NCBI GenBank assembly: GCA_038203635.1
Contig: JBBRDT010000001.1
Span: forward strand, 22,003-86,002
Direction: 5' to 3'
DNA length: 64,000 bases
Source: Solirubrobacterales bacterium
GTDB lineage: Bacteria; Actinomycetota; Thermoleophilia; Solirubrobacterales; JBBDJG01
A program made the position numbers and the translations under genes. The notes beneath the pieces are model-generated. The model worked only from the letters and a program-made list of their open reading frames with translations. It was not told the origin of the DNA and made no database searches. Shown here piece by piece: positions 23,101-31,151 of this stretch. Position 1 is the stretch's first letter. The number at the start of each line of letters is the position of its first letter.

Positions 23101-25347
23101 CTCGAGTGGGAGGCCGCGGACGACAACGTCGGGGTCGCCGGATATGAGGTCTACAGGGACGGTGCGTTCATCGCCTCGATCGATCCGGGCACCTCCTACT
23201 CCGACCCGGTCGGCGCAGGGACCTACGCGTACCACCTCAAGGCGATGGATCCGACGGGGAACATGTCGCAGGCGAGCAACACCGCAAACGTGACCGAGCT
23301 CGCGCCGGACACGGAGGACCCCGGTCCGCCGGCAAACCTCCAGGCGCAGGTCGCGGCCGGAAAGGTCGACCTCCTTTGGGACGCCGCCACGGACAACAGG
23401 GCGGTGACGCAATACGAGATCCGCCGCGACGGCGCGGTCGTCGCAACGATCGGGGCCGCCTCGACGTCGTGGTCCGACAGCAACGTCACGGCGCCGGTCA
23501 CGTACGAGTACGACGTACGCGCGCTCGACGCGGCGGCGAACGTGTCGCTGCCCAGCAACACCGCGAGCGCGACGGTGCCCGACACGCAGAAGCCGACGCC
23601 GCCCACGAACCTGACCGCGAACGCCACCGCGAGCCAGGTCGACCTCACGTGGGGTGCGGCGGGCGACGACGTGGCGGTTACGCAATACAGGATCTATCGC
23701 GATGGTGCGGCGATCGCGACGATCGGCCCGGGAACCTCGTGGTCCGACAGCAGTGTCACGGCTCCCGGCTACGAGTATGAGGTGCGGGCGCTCGACGCGG
23801 CCGACAACCTCTCCGACCCCAGCAACAAGGTCACCGCCACCGTGCTCGATGCCCAGAAGCCCACTGCGCCCGGGACCCTGACGGCTACCGCCGCCGGGCC
23901 GAACCAGGTCAACCTCACCTGGACGGCATCAGGCGACAACATCGGCGTGACGGGCTACCGCGTCTACCGTGACACGGCGCCGATCGCGACCATCGGAGCG
24001 GTCACCACCTTCTCTGACACGGGCGTTGCCGGCAGCACCACCTATGCGTACGAGGTCCGCGCCCTGGATGCCGCCGGCAACGTCTCCGATCCGAGCAACA
24101 CCGCCCCGGCGACCACGCCGGCCGCCTCCGCCGTGTTCAACTTCTCACCGGAGGCCGATGCCCGTACCCAGGCCTCGGCGGCCACCACCAACTACGCAAC
24201 GAGCTTCCTGCGGGTCGACGGCGGTACCGACCCGGCCGTGGAGAGCCTGCTGCGGTTCACGGTCACCGGCGCGCCGGCAGGATCAATCCGAAGCGCCAAG
24301 CTGCGCGTGTACGCCTACAGTGGAACCGTGGACGGACCGGCAGTCTTCACCACCAATCCCGCCTGGAACGAGCAGGCGATCAACTGGAACAACCGCCCAC
24401 CGCGCACCAGCGCGACCACCGATGACAAGGGCGCGATCGCGACCAACAGCTGGGTCGAGTACGACGTCACCTCCTTCGTCACGAGCAACGGCACCTACAG
24501 CTTCGGGCTGGCCGGCACCTCCACCGACGGCGTCGACATCTACTCAAAGGAATCCGCGACCCTGCGACCGGAGCTCGTGGTGACGACCGGCGCCCCGGAC
24601 ACGCAGAAGCCCACGCCGCCACCCACCCTCGCCGCGACCGTCATGACCGCGTCGCGGGTCGATCTCTCCTGGCAGCCCGCGGGCGACAACGTCGGGGTGA
24701 CCGGCTACCAGGTCCTGCGCAACGGCAACCAGATCGCGAGCCTCGGGGTGACGACGGCGTACTCCGACACGTCCGTCGCGGCGAACACTTCCTACACCTA
24801 CCAGGTCCGCGCGGTGGACGCCGCCGGCAACGTCTCGGACCCCAGCAACTCCGCGCCGGCCGCGACACCGCCGGTGGCGACGGTGCTGACCCTCTCCCCC
24901 GAGGCGGACGCCCGTACCCAGGAGGCGAACCCGACCACCAACTACGGGACCGCCTACCTGCGCGTGAACGGCGGCTCCGAGCTGGACGTCGAGACCCTCG
25001 TGCGCTTCACCGTGACCGGAGCCCCGGCGGGAAGCGTGGCGAGCGCCAAGCTGCGCCTCTACAACTACAACGGCACCGCGGACGGCCCGGCTCTTTACCC
25101 GACCGTCACATCCTGGAACGAGACCGCGGTCAGCTGGAACACGCGACCGGCCCGCACGAGTGGTACCCCGACGGACGACAAGGGCGCGATCGCGAAAAAC
25201 ACCTGGGTCGAGTACAACGTGACGCCTCTCGTGACCGGGAACGGCACGTACAGCTTCGCCCTGGCCACGACCTCCAGCGACGGCATCGACTTCTACAACC
25301 GCGAGGCGGCAACGCTGCGCCCCGAGCTCGTGGTGACGCTGCGCTAG
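20173..25347 (+). CDS. giant secreted protein: PAP-type metallophosphoesterase + 12 FN3 repeats + 2 DNRLRE-like beta-sandwich modules
   Basis: ATG 20173 gives the signal peptide MHKRRGIACVAIVGALFAHFGAAGASA|ADP. Motifs GDIAC / GDMQY / GNHEY / FWHDP / GHAHSYE. FN3 units read KP(S/T)xPxNLTAxAxxxxxVDLSWxASTDNVGVTGYRVYRDG...YxYxVRAxDAAGNxSDPS. Two ~150-aa modules carry NY(A/G)T..LRV..LxRFTV..AKLR(V/L)Y..W(N)E..(I/V)xWN(N/T)RP..RPELVVT. Confidence 0.9.
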   Translation: MHKRRGIACVAIVGALFAHFGAAGASAADPVIAAAGDIACSSSSSNYNGGNGVSDRCRQKYTSNLIFNAGLSAVLVLGDMQYESASLSGINSSYNPTWGRVKSITRPALGNHEYKTANAAGYFDYFNGSGAATGPAGERGKGYYSFDVGTWHLIALNSSDHCTIVSCAAASAQEVWLKADLAANSSKYCTLAFWHDPRFNSGHDGNADEMKPLFQALYDANADLMLGGHAHSYERFAPQNPAGGLDNARGIRQFVVGTGGAFWTSIGTPKPNSEVRQNSTYGVLKLTLRPTGYDYQFAPEAGKTFTDSGTGTCHGGTPPPTDTIKPSIPGNVRATAGTGQVSLLWNQSTDNVGVTGYQVFRGATQVATLGSVTSYTDPNLAPGTYSYTVRAVDGAGNVSDASAAASATVADTTKPTPPTLTATASAGQVALSWQGATDNVGVTGYQLYRGATQIATLGGAVTSYTDANLAAGGYSYTVRAVDAAGLSSDASNTASATVPDTTKPTTPTLSATGSAGQVALSWTVSTDNVAVTGYEVFRGSVRIAVLGPSANSYADTGLSPGTYFYAVRSFDAANNFSISSNTASGTVPDGLKPSAPGNLTASAPTSAAVDLSWVASTDNVGVTGYRVYRDGALIASPGAAATSYSDSAVSATVTYHYVVRAIDAAGNLSDPSSDVPVTVPDTVKPSAPGNLHTTAVTSSQVDLAWNASTDNVAVTGYRVFRNDVPIADVSAATLSYSDGPITPGTYRYTVRAVDGAGNVSDASTEVTATVPDTEKPTTPQNLDATARGAFQVDLTWDASTDNVGVASYLIYRNDVHIDTVSGTDTSYTDNVLAPDLYTYYVRAVDDAGNLSDPSNTDSATVVPPDDELPTVPGNLTAALNGTDRVDLNWEESSDNVLVTGYRIYRNDELIKTIGPGSSWSDTGVPARDHEYRVRAEDAAGNLSDPSNPAGVIVPDTAPPSPPGNLTASAPDGGPVLLEWEAADDNVGVAGYEVYRDGAFIASIDPGTSYSDPVGAGTYAYHLKAMDPTGNMSQASNTANVTELAPDTEDPGPPANLQAQVAAGKVDLLWDAATDNRAVTQYEIRRDGAVVATIGAASTSWSDSNVTAPVTYEYDVRALDAAANVSLPSNTASATVPDTQKPTPPTNLTANATASQVDLTWGAAGDDVAVTQYRIYRDGAAIATIGPGTSWSDSSVTAPGYEYEVRALDAADNLSDPSNKVTATVLDAQKPTAPGTLTATAAGPNQVNLTWTASGDNIGVTGYRVYRDTAPIATIGAVTTFSDTGVAGSTTYAYEVRALDAAGNVSDPSNTAPATTPAASAVFNFSPEADARTQASAATTNYATSFLRVDGGTDPAVESLLRFTVTGAPAGSIRSAKLRVYAYSGTVDGPAVFTTNPAWNEQAINWNNRPPRTSATTDDKGAIATNSWVEYDVTSFVTSNGTYSFGLAGTSTDGVDIYSKESATLRPELVVTTGAPDTQKPTPPPTLAATVMTASRVDLSWQPAGDNVGVTGYQVLRNGNQIASLGVTTAYSDTSVAANTSYTYQVRAVDAAGNVSDPSNSAPAATPPVATVLTLSPEADARTQEANPTTNYGTAYLRVNGGSELDVETLVRFTVTGAPAGSVASAKLRLYNYNGTADGPALYPTVTSWNETAVSWNTRPARTSGTPTDDKGAIAKNTWVEYNVTPLVTGNGTYSFALATTSSDGIDFYNREAATLRPELVVTLR
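21142..24120 (+). repeat. coding tandem array of 11 FN3 units (~280 nt each); a 12th unit lies at ~24601..24870
   Basis: WxxSTDNVGVTGY(R/Q/E)V(Y/F)R recurs in each unit. Confidence 0.85.
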
Positions 25348-25349
25348 CC

Positions 25350-26300
25350 ATGCGCCTCCTCCCGAACAAGAGAAGGCTGCTGATCGGCGCCATCGCGGCC
25401 GCGATCGTCCTGTCATCCGTCGCTCTCGTGCTGGGCGTGGCCGACTCGGCGTCGCCGCCCGAGTCCGGCCCGAAGGTCGACACGCACGTCGACCACTCAT
25501 ACATCTACACGGTCGACGTTGCCAGCGGACAGCTCGCCCAGGAGACCAATATGCAGGGCGAGGGAGCGCTGGAGCCTTCCTGGTCCGCCCAGGGCGACAT
25601 CGTCTTCAGCACCATGGACTGCGACGAGTGCTCCTCGAGCCTCTCCGAGGTGGACCCCGATGCCCCCATCTCCGTCGAGGCACCGATCGACACGACCGTC
25701 GAGCACGTGTTCCAGCCGTCCTGGGCGCCCGACGGTAAGCAGGTCGCAACGGTGGCACTCGGCCGCGGCATCTACGTCGTCGACTCGCAGACCGGCACGG
25801 CGAAGCGGCTGACGTCCGGCCGGTCGGACGAGGCGCCGGACTGGGCCGCCAGCGGAGACTGGATCGCGTTCCACCGGCAGGTGAGCGGCAGCAACTACGA
25901 CATCTTCGCCGTCAACGCCACCACGAAGGCGGAGCGCAGGCTCACGAACGACAACCGGCAACAGACGAATCCCACCTGGTCGCCGGACGGCAGTCAGGTG
26001 GCTTACGCCGAGCAGCGCTCCAACGGGAAGTGGGCGATCGTCACGATGAACGCCGACGGCACGGGTCGCAAGCGCGTGACGACCGCGGGCATCAGCGCCC
26101 AGGAGCCCACCTGGTCGCCCGATGGCACGAGCATCGCATTCATCTTGCAGGAGCTGGACAAGGCTACGATCGCGGTGATTCCCGCGAGCGGGGGCTCGCC
26201 GAAGCGCCTGACGGACCAGAAGATATTTCCCGCAAAGCCGACCTGGTCGCCGGACAGCAAGACCATTGCGTTCGCCGCGACCGTGGTTCAAACGAATTGA
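25350..26300 (+). CDS. membrane-anchored PD40/TolB-like beta-propeller protein
   Basis: N-terminal anchor LLIGAIAAAIVLSSVALVLG. At least six PD40 signatures (PSWSAQGDIVF, PSWAPDGKQVA, APDWAASGDWIAF, NPTWSPDGSQVAY, EPTWSPDGTSIAF, KPTWSPDSKTIAF). Starts 2 nt after the upstream stop. Confidence 0.8.
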   Translation: MRLLPNKRRLLIGAIAAAIVLSSVALVLGVADSASPPESGPKVDTHVDHSYIYTVDVASGQLAQETNMQGEGALEPSWSAQGDIVFSTMDCDECSSSLSEVDPDAPISVEAPIDTTVEHVFQPSWAPDGKQVATVALGRGIYVVDSQTGTAKRLTSGRSDEAPDWAASGDWIAFHRQVSGSNYDIFAVNATTKAERRLTNDNRQQTNPTWSPDGSQVAYAEQRSNGKWAIVTMNADGTGRKRVTTAGISAQEPTWSPDGTSIAFILQELDKATIAVIPASGGSPKRLTDQKIFPAKPTWSPDSKTIAFAATVVQTN

Positions 26301-26304
26301 GGCA

Positions 26305-27789
26305 ATGACGCTGAGCACGTGGGCGAAGGAACGCCCGGCATCCACAGATCTCGTCGTACTGGTCTTACTCGCCGTCGCATTCGCGGTGGCGGTCCTGCCG
26401 TCACAGGCGCGCGCCGCGGACCCGGTGATCGCGGCGGCCGGCAACATCGCCTGCGACCCTGCCAGCCCGTACTTCGCAGCGGGCGCGGGGACCCCTACCC
26501 GGTGCCGTCAGGCCGAGACCGCGGCGTTGCTGCCGGCCGGCCTCGCGGGCGTGCTGACTCTCGGGGACGCCCAGTACTGCTGCGGCACCCTGTCCGCGTA
26601 CACGGCTTCCTACGAGCCGGCCTGGGGCCCGCTGAAGGCTGTCACGCATCCGGCGCTCGGCAATCGTGACTACACGACGCCGGGCGCAGCCGGGTACTTC
26701 GACTACTTCAACGGGCCGGGAATTGCGGATGGCGCGGCGGGCAACCGGGACCAGGGGTACTACAGCTTCGATCTCGGCGCATGGCATCTCATCGCGCTCA
26801 ACTCGAACTGCGCTCACGTCGCCTGCGCAGCCGGCTCTGCGCAGGAGCGCTGGCTGCGCGCAGACCTCGCTGCCCATCCCAACGCCTGCACGCTTGCATA
26901 CATGCACGCGGGGCGCTACAGCTCCGGACGACCGGGCGGCGCGATCTCGGTGGCGCCTTTCTACAGGGCTCTCTACGAGGCCGGGGCCGACGTGGCCCTG
27001 GCGGGCCACGCACGGCACTACGAGCGGTTCGCGCCCCAGACCTCGGTCGGGCGCAGCCCCGCGTTCGGCATCCGTGAGTTCGTGGTCGGCACGGGCGGGC
27101 ACTCCCTGGGCACGATCGGAGCGCCCAAGAAGTACAGCGAGGTACGCCAGGACTCGACGTTCGGAGCGCTGGAGCTCACGCTACGGGCGACCGGCTACTC
27201 CTGGCGATTCATCGCCCCCGGGGGCGCGAGCTTCTCCGACTCGGGATCGGGTGGGTGTCACGGCCCGCCGCCTCCGCGCAAGCCCAAGAAGAAGCCCAAG
27301 CCCAAGCCCAAGCCGGGGCCCGCAAAGAGCAAGACGAAGTGCACCGTGCTCGGGACCCCGCGCAACGACGTCCTGCGGGGCACCCGTGGCCGGGACGTGC
27401 TCTGCGGCATGGGGGGCAACGACCGCCTCCTGGGCGGCGGCGGCAATGACGTGCTGCGCGGTGGTGACGGCAACGACCGGCTCAGCGGCGGCGCCGGGCG
27501 CGATCGCATGGACGGCAACCGCGGGAACGACGTCCTGCGTGGGGGACGAGGCCGGGACCTGCTCAGCGGAGGCGCCGGCAACGACCTGCTGCGCGGGGGA
27601 GGCGGCGCGGACCGTCTCCGCGGCGACGGCGGGCGCAACCGCGTGTTCGGTGACGCGGGCAACGACTACATCGACGTGTCCCGAAACGGAGCCCGCGACA
27701 TCGTCAACGGCGGGCGCGGCCGGGACAGGGCGAAGGCCCAACGCCGCGACAAGGTGCGCAGCATCGAGCGGCTGATCCGCCGCAAGTAG
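26305..27789 (+). CDS. secreted PAP-type metallophosphoesterase paralog with substituted active-site residues + basic KP linker + RTX-type Ca-binding nonapeptide repeats
   Basis: Signal peptide ..AVLPSQARA|ADPVIAAAGNIAC, the same mature N-terminus as the 20173 protein. Motifs GNIAC / GDAQY / GNRDY / YMHAG / GHARHYE. KPKKKPKPKPKPGP linker. About 10 GGxGxDxLx repeats. Confidence 0.85.
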   Translation: MTLSTWAKERPASTDLVVLVLLAVAFAVAVLPSQARAADPVIAAAGNIACDPASPYFAAGAGTPTRCRQAETAALLPAGLAGVLTLGDAQYCCGTLSAYTASYEPAWGPLKAVTHPALGNRDYTTPGAAGYFDYFNGPGIADGAAGNRDQGYYSFDLGAWHLIALNSNCAHVACAAGSAQERWLRADLAAHPNACTLAYMHAGRYSSGRPGGAISVAPFYRALYEAGADVALAGHARHYERFAPQTSVGRSPAFGIREFVVGTGGHSLGTIGAPKKYSEVRQDSTFGALELTLRATGYSWRFIAPGGASFSDSGSGGCHGPPPPRKPKKKPKPKPKPGPAKSKTKCTVLGTPRNDVLRGTRGRDVLCGMGGNDRLLGGGGNDVLRGGDGNDRLSGGAGRDRMDGNRGNDVLRGGRGRDLLSGGAGNDLLRGGGGADRLRGDGGRNRVFGDAGNDYIDVSRNGARDIVNGGRGRDRAKAQRRDKVRSIERLIRRK

Positions 27790-27802
27790 GACCCGCAGCG
27801 CC

Positions 27803-28606
27803 CTACTTGCTGAAGCTCACCAGTTCTTCGCGCCCGCCGCCATCCTTGGTGGTCCGCAACACGTGCCCGACGCCCCGGGCGTAGTACTTGTATTCCAGGA
27901 CCCCCGGCTCGAGCCGGGTCGTGTCCGCTGTCTTCACGGAATTCTCGAAGGTGCCGAACGGCACGGTGACCTTCGCATCCACGCTCACCACCTTGGCGGC
28001 GTCCTCGGCCTGGCCCGCGTAGTACTCCTGCCGGTAGGACAGCCCGGACCGCGGCTTCGCCGGCATGATGACCCCGGCATAGGCGCCGTCCACGCCGTGC
28101 TCCCAGGACCCCTTGGTCGACGAGACCGTCCCGTCCTTGTACTCCTTGGTGTCCTCGCCCAGATACCAGACATTGCCGTCCTTGTCCTGGGCATACCAGT
28201 CATCCGTGACCTCCACGAAGCCGCCGCCGTCGCGCTGGGTGACGGTGTCGCGCAGGACGAGGGCCTCGACGCCCTTGATCCGCTTCTTGCGGTTCGTCAC
28301 CTCGACGACGATCCGCTCCGAATCCGACGTGTAGACCCACCTCGCGCCCCGCGGCATCGGCCAGTAGGGGTGCTCGATCTTCGTCGTGAAGTCCGCGGGG
28401 TCGAGCTCGACCGGCTCGCCGCCCTGCGGCAGGTCGGCAGTGCTGTCGGCGGAGGTCGTCTCGGTCGTGGCGGTCGGGGGCGCCGCGGTCGTGGTCTGAG
28501 CAGCATTGTCGTCGCTGTCAGACCCGCAGCCCGCGACGAGCAACCCCGCCGTGAGCGCCAGTGCGAGCGCTCCGCCGACGATCAAGAGCATCGGGCGTCT
28601 CGTCAC
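27803..28606 (-). CDS. lipoprotein of unknown family (paralog of 1501..2388)
   Basis: GTG 28606 (or ATG 28591) gives VTRRPMLLIVGGALALALTAGLLVAGC|GS. The upstream Arg-rich ORF extension was rejected. DDWYAQDKDGNVWYLGE and YYARGVGHV match the 1.5-kb paralog. Confidence 0.7.
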   Translation of the reverse strand: MTRRPMLLIVGGALALALTAGLLVAGCGSDSDDNAAQTTTAAPPTATTETTSADSTADLPQGGEPVELDPADFTTKIEHPYWPMPRGARWVYTSDSERIVVEVTNRKKRIKGVEALVLRDTVTQRDGGGFVEVTDDWYAQDKDGNVWYLGEDTKEYKDGTVSSTKGSWEHGVDGAYAGVIMPAKPRSGLSYRQEYYAGQAEDAAKVVSVDAKVTVPFGTFENSVKTADTTRLEPGVLEYKYYARGVGHVLRTTKDGGGREELVSFSK

Positions 28607-28613
28607 CTGCGTG

Positions 28614-28958
28614 TCACCGCTCCGGATCAGGACCGTAGCCCTCGACCCTGGCCTGCAGCCAGTGGAAGTCGCGGTCCAGGTACACCGCGATGATCGGGCC
28701 CTTGTCGGAGCCGTCCAGGGCCTGGGTCGGCTTGAAGACCCTGACCTTCCAGGCGGCCATGCCTGCGTTGTCGTGCGCGACCGATACGACCTTCCCGCGC
28801 TTGGTGACCTCGAGCGCGGCCCGCTCGGCCCGCTCGGTTTGGGCATCTGCGACCTTGGTGTCGGACTCGCCGTCCACGGCCTGTGCGATGCCGACTGCGC
28901 CCGCGCTCAGCGCGACGGCCAGCATTCCGGCAATCAATATTTTGTGAATTCGTGTCAT
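28614..28958 (-). CDS. PepSY domain secreted protein
   Basis: Signal peptide MTRIHKILIAGMLAVALSAGAVGIAQA. The size and the ..AALEVTKRGKVVSVAHDN..AWKVRV.. pattern are typical of PepSY. Sits downstream of a two-component system. Confidence 0.7.
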   Translation of the reverse strand: MTRIHKILIAGMLAVALSAGAVGIAQAVDGESDTKVADAQTERAERAALEVTKRGKVVSVAHDNAGMAAWKVRVFKPTQALDGSDKGPIIAVYLDRDFHWLQARVEGYGPDPER

Positions 28959-29005
28959 GTACTCAGTGTGCCCCGGACACTGAGATGGACATGAGAGCGG
29001 CGAAA

Positions 29006-30358
29006 TCAGTTCGCGGAGCGCGCCGCGATCGGCACGCGCAGCCGCACCGTAGCGCCGTTTGACGCGGTGTCGACGATTTCCGCGGTTCCTCCGTGAGCCT
29101 CGGCGATCACCCGCACGATCGCGAGCCCGATACCCGTTCCGCCGCGTGTGCGGGCGCCGTCGCCGCGTGAGAATCGCTCGAACGCGTGCGGCTCCAGCTC
29201 CGCGGGAAAACCGGCACCCTCGTCGCTGACGTCGATCTCGACCGCCTCTCCGTTGCCGCGGGCGGTGAGGCGGATCTCACCGGCGCCGTAGCGCAGGGCG
29301 TTGTCGACGAGGTTCCAGAGCGCCTGGCGACTGCGCAGCGGGTCCATCGCGACCCGCAGGTCATGCGGCGCGTCGACGTGGATCCGGCGGCCCTGCTCCC
29401 CGGCCCGGTCCGCGAAGCGCTGACCGGTGCGCTCGAGCAGGTCATGAAGCTGCACGTCTTCCGGACGGACGGGTAGCTGGCCGTCCGCAGAGCGCGCGAT
29501 CAGCAGCAGGTCCTCCGCCAGCTGGGCGAGATGGTCGGTCTCCTCGAGGGCGGCAACCAGCGACTCGCGCACGTTGCCGCCACTTCGCTCCGCCCGCATC
29601 GCCGCCTCGAGCTCGGCCTTCACGACCGCCAGCGGTGTGCGCATCTCGTGGCTTGCGTCCGCGACGAACCGCCGCTCCCGGACGAACGATGCCTGGAGCC
29701 GCGCGAGCATGTCATTGAGCGTCTCCCCGAGCCGCCGGATCTCGTCGTGCGCGTCAGGCAGCGGCAGCCGCTCGCCGTCACGCGTGAGCGAGATCCGCTT
29801 GGCCCGCTGGCGCATCGCCTCCACCGGCCGGAAGCCGATCGTCGCGAGCATGTAACCGATGCCCGAGGCGAGCAGCACCGCGATCGGCCCCCCGATGAGG
29901 AACGACTTCGACAGCGTCGTGAGCGTGTCGTCGCGGTCGGACAGCGAGGCGCCGGTGACGACCACCAGGGTTCTGCCCTGCGAGCTTGCCGGCCGCGCGA
30001 GGATCCGCGCCGGCCCATCGACACCTGCCACATGACGCCCGAGCATCAACGGGCTGCGCGCGGCCCTCCGCGCCTCGCCGGGACGGAGCGCCGGCACGCG
30101 ATTCTGGGTCGTGCCGTCCAGCAATCGCCCTCTGGGCGTGAGGATCTGGATGAACCCCTCGTCCGACTCGACCAGTCGAGGCCCGCCGACCACGGAGCGA
30201 GTCGTGTCGCTCGACCGCACGAGCGCGGCGACGTCGTCCGACCGCGAACGCAACGACGTCTCGACGATCTCGTCGAGCTGCGTTTCCTGCCGTTCGTACA
30301 CGAACACGCCCATCGCGGCGATCACCAGCGCCATCGCAAGCGCGAACGCGACCGTCAA
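29006..30358 (-). CDS. sensor histidine kinase (2 TM, HAMP, HisKA, HATPase_c)
   Basis: H-box FVADASHEMRTPLAV. N, G1 and G2 boxes (LWNLVDNALRYG, DEGAGFP, GGTGIGLAIV). Confidence 0.9.
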   Translation of the reverse strand: MTVAFALAMALVIAAMGVFVYERQETQLDEIVETSLRSRSDDVAALVRSSDTTRSVVGGPRLVESDEGFIQILTPRGRLLDGTTQNRVPALRPGEARRAARSPLMLGRHVAGVDGPARILARPASSQGRTLVVVTGASLSDRDDTLTTLSKSFLIGGPIAVLLASGIGYMLATIGFRPVEAMRQRAKRISLTRDGERLPLPDAHDEIRRLGETLNDMLARLQASFVRERRFVADASHEMRTPLAVVKAELEAAMRAERSGGNVRESLVAALEETDHLAQLAEDLLLIARSADGQLPVRPEDVQLHDLLERTGQRFADRAGEQGRRIHVDAPHDLRVAMDPLRSRQALWNLVDNALRYGAGEIRLTARGNGEAVEIDVSDEGAGFPAELEPHAFERFSRGDGARTRGGTGIGLAIVRVIAEAHGGTAEIVDTASNGATVRLRVPIAARSAN

Positions 30359-30381
30359 CCGGACCCGGATCGGCAGTCTTC

Positions 30382-31062
30382 CTAAGATCCTCCGTCCCTT
30401 CGCAGCCGGTAGCCGGCGCCTCGCACGGTCTCGAGCGACTTCACGCCGAACGGCCGGTCGATCTTCTCGCGCAGGTAGCGGACGTAGACCTCGACGACGT
30501 TTGATCGGTTCTCATAGTCGTAGTCCCATGCGTGCTCCAGGAGCTGATACCGGCTGAGGAGCTCCCCGGGCCGGCGCATGAACGTCTCCAGCAACGCGAA
30601 CTCTTTCGGGGAGAGCGCGATCTCCTCCTTCCCACGCCACGCCTGCTGCGTGGCAGGGTCCAGGCGCAGGTCGCCGACCTCGAGCACCGGCGGGCGCTCG
30701 ACGGGACCGCGGCGCGCGAGCGCGCGCAGTCGCGCGAGCAGCTCCGCCAGCGAGAAGGGCTTGGTCAGATAGTCGTCGGCGCCCTCGTCGAGCCCCAGGA
30801 CGCGATCGTCGACCGAGTCGCGCGCCGTCACCATGATGATCGGCGCCCAGATCCCGTCCTCACGGAGGCGCCGGCACGTCACGAAGCCGTCGATGCCGGG
30901 CAGCATCACGTCCAGCACGACCGCGTCGAACTCCGTCGCGGCGGCCATCCACAGTGCGTCCTCACCGTTCGAGGCGAGGTCGGCCACGATGCCCTCCGCC
31001 TGCAGGCCCCGTCTCACGGCCGCGGCCATCCGCTTGTCGTCCTCCACGATCAGAACGCGCAC
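30382..31062 (-). CDS. OmpR-family response regulator
   Basis: MRVLIVEDD..DAVVLDVMLPGIDGF receiver domain. Winged-helix C-terminus ..VEVYVRYLREKID..LETVRGAGYRL. Confidence 0.95.
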   Translation of the reverse strand: MRVLIVEDDKRMAAAVRRGLQAEGIVADLASNGEDALWMAAATEFDAVVLDVMLPGIDGFVTCRRLREDGIWAPIIMVTARDSVDDRVLGLDEGADDYLTKPFSLAELLARLRALARRGPVERPPVLEVGDLRLDPATQQAWRGKEEIALSPKEFALLETFMRRPGELLSRYQLLEHAWDYDYENRSNVVEVYVRYLREKIDRPFGVKSLETVRGAGYRLRRDGGS

Positions 31063-31151
31063 GTAGCGAATTTCACCGCCAGAAGATGAGAGGTGCCTGA
31101 GAAAAACGGCTTGATAATGGGGCGAATGACCGGGTTACTGCCTAACTTGTC

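Noticed and set aside
27400-27680. RTX nonapeptide repeats as evidence for a type I secretion substrate
   Set aside because: The protein has an N-terminal Sec-type signal peptide, no T1SS ABC/MFP genes are nearby, and the envelope is probably monoderm. The repeats are more likely just a Ca-binding beta-roll.
28963-28985. 8-bp hairpin ctcagtgt-gccccgg-acactgag between the kinase and PepSY genes as a terminator or attenuator
   Set aside because: It has no U-tract on the transcribed (minus) strand and lies within an apparent operon. There is not enough evidence to call a feature.
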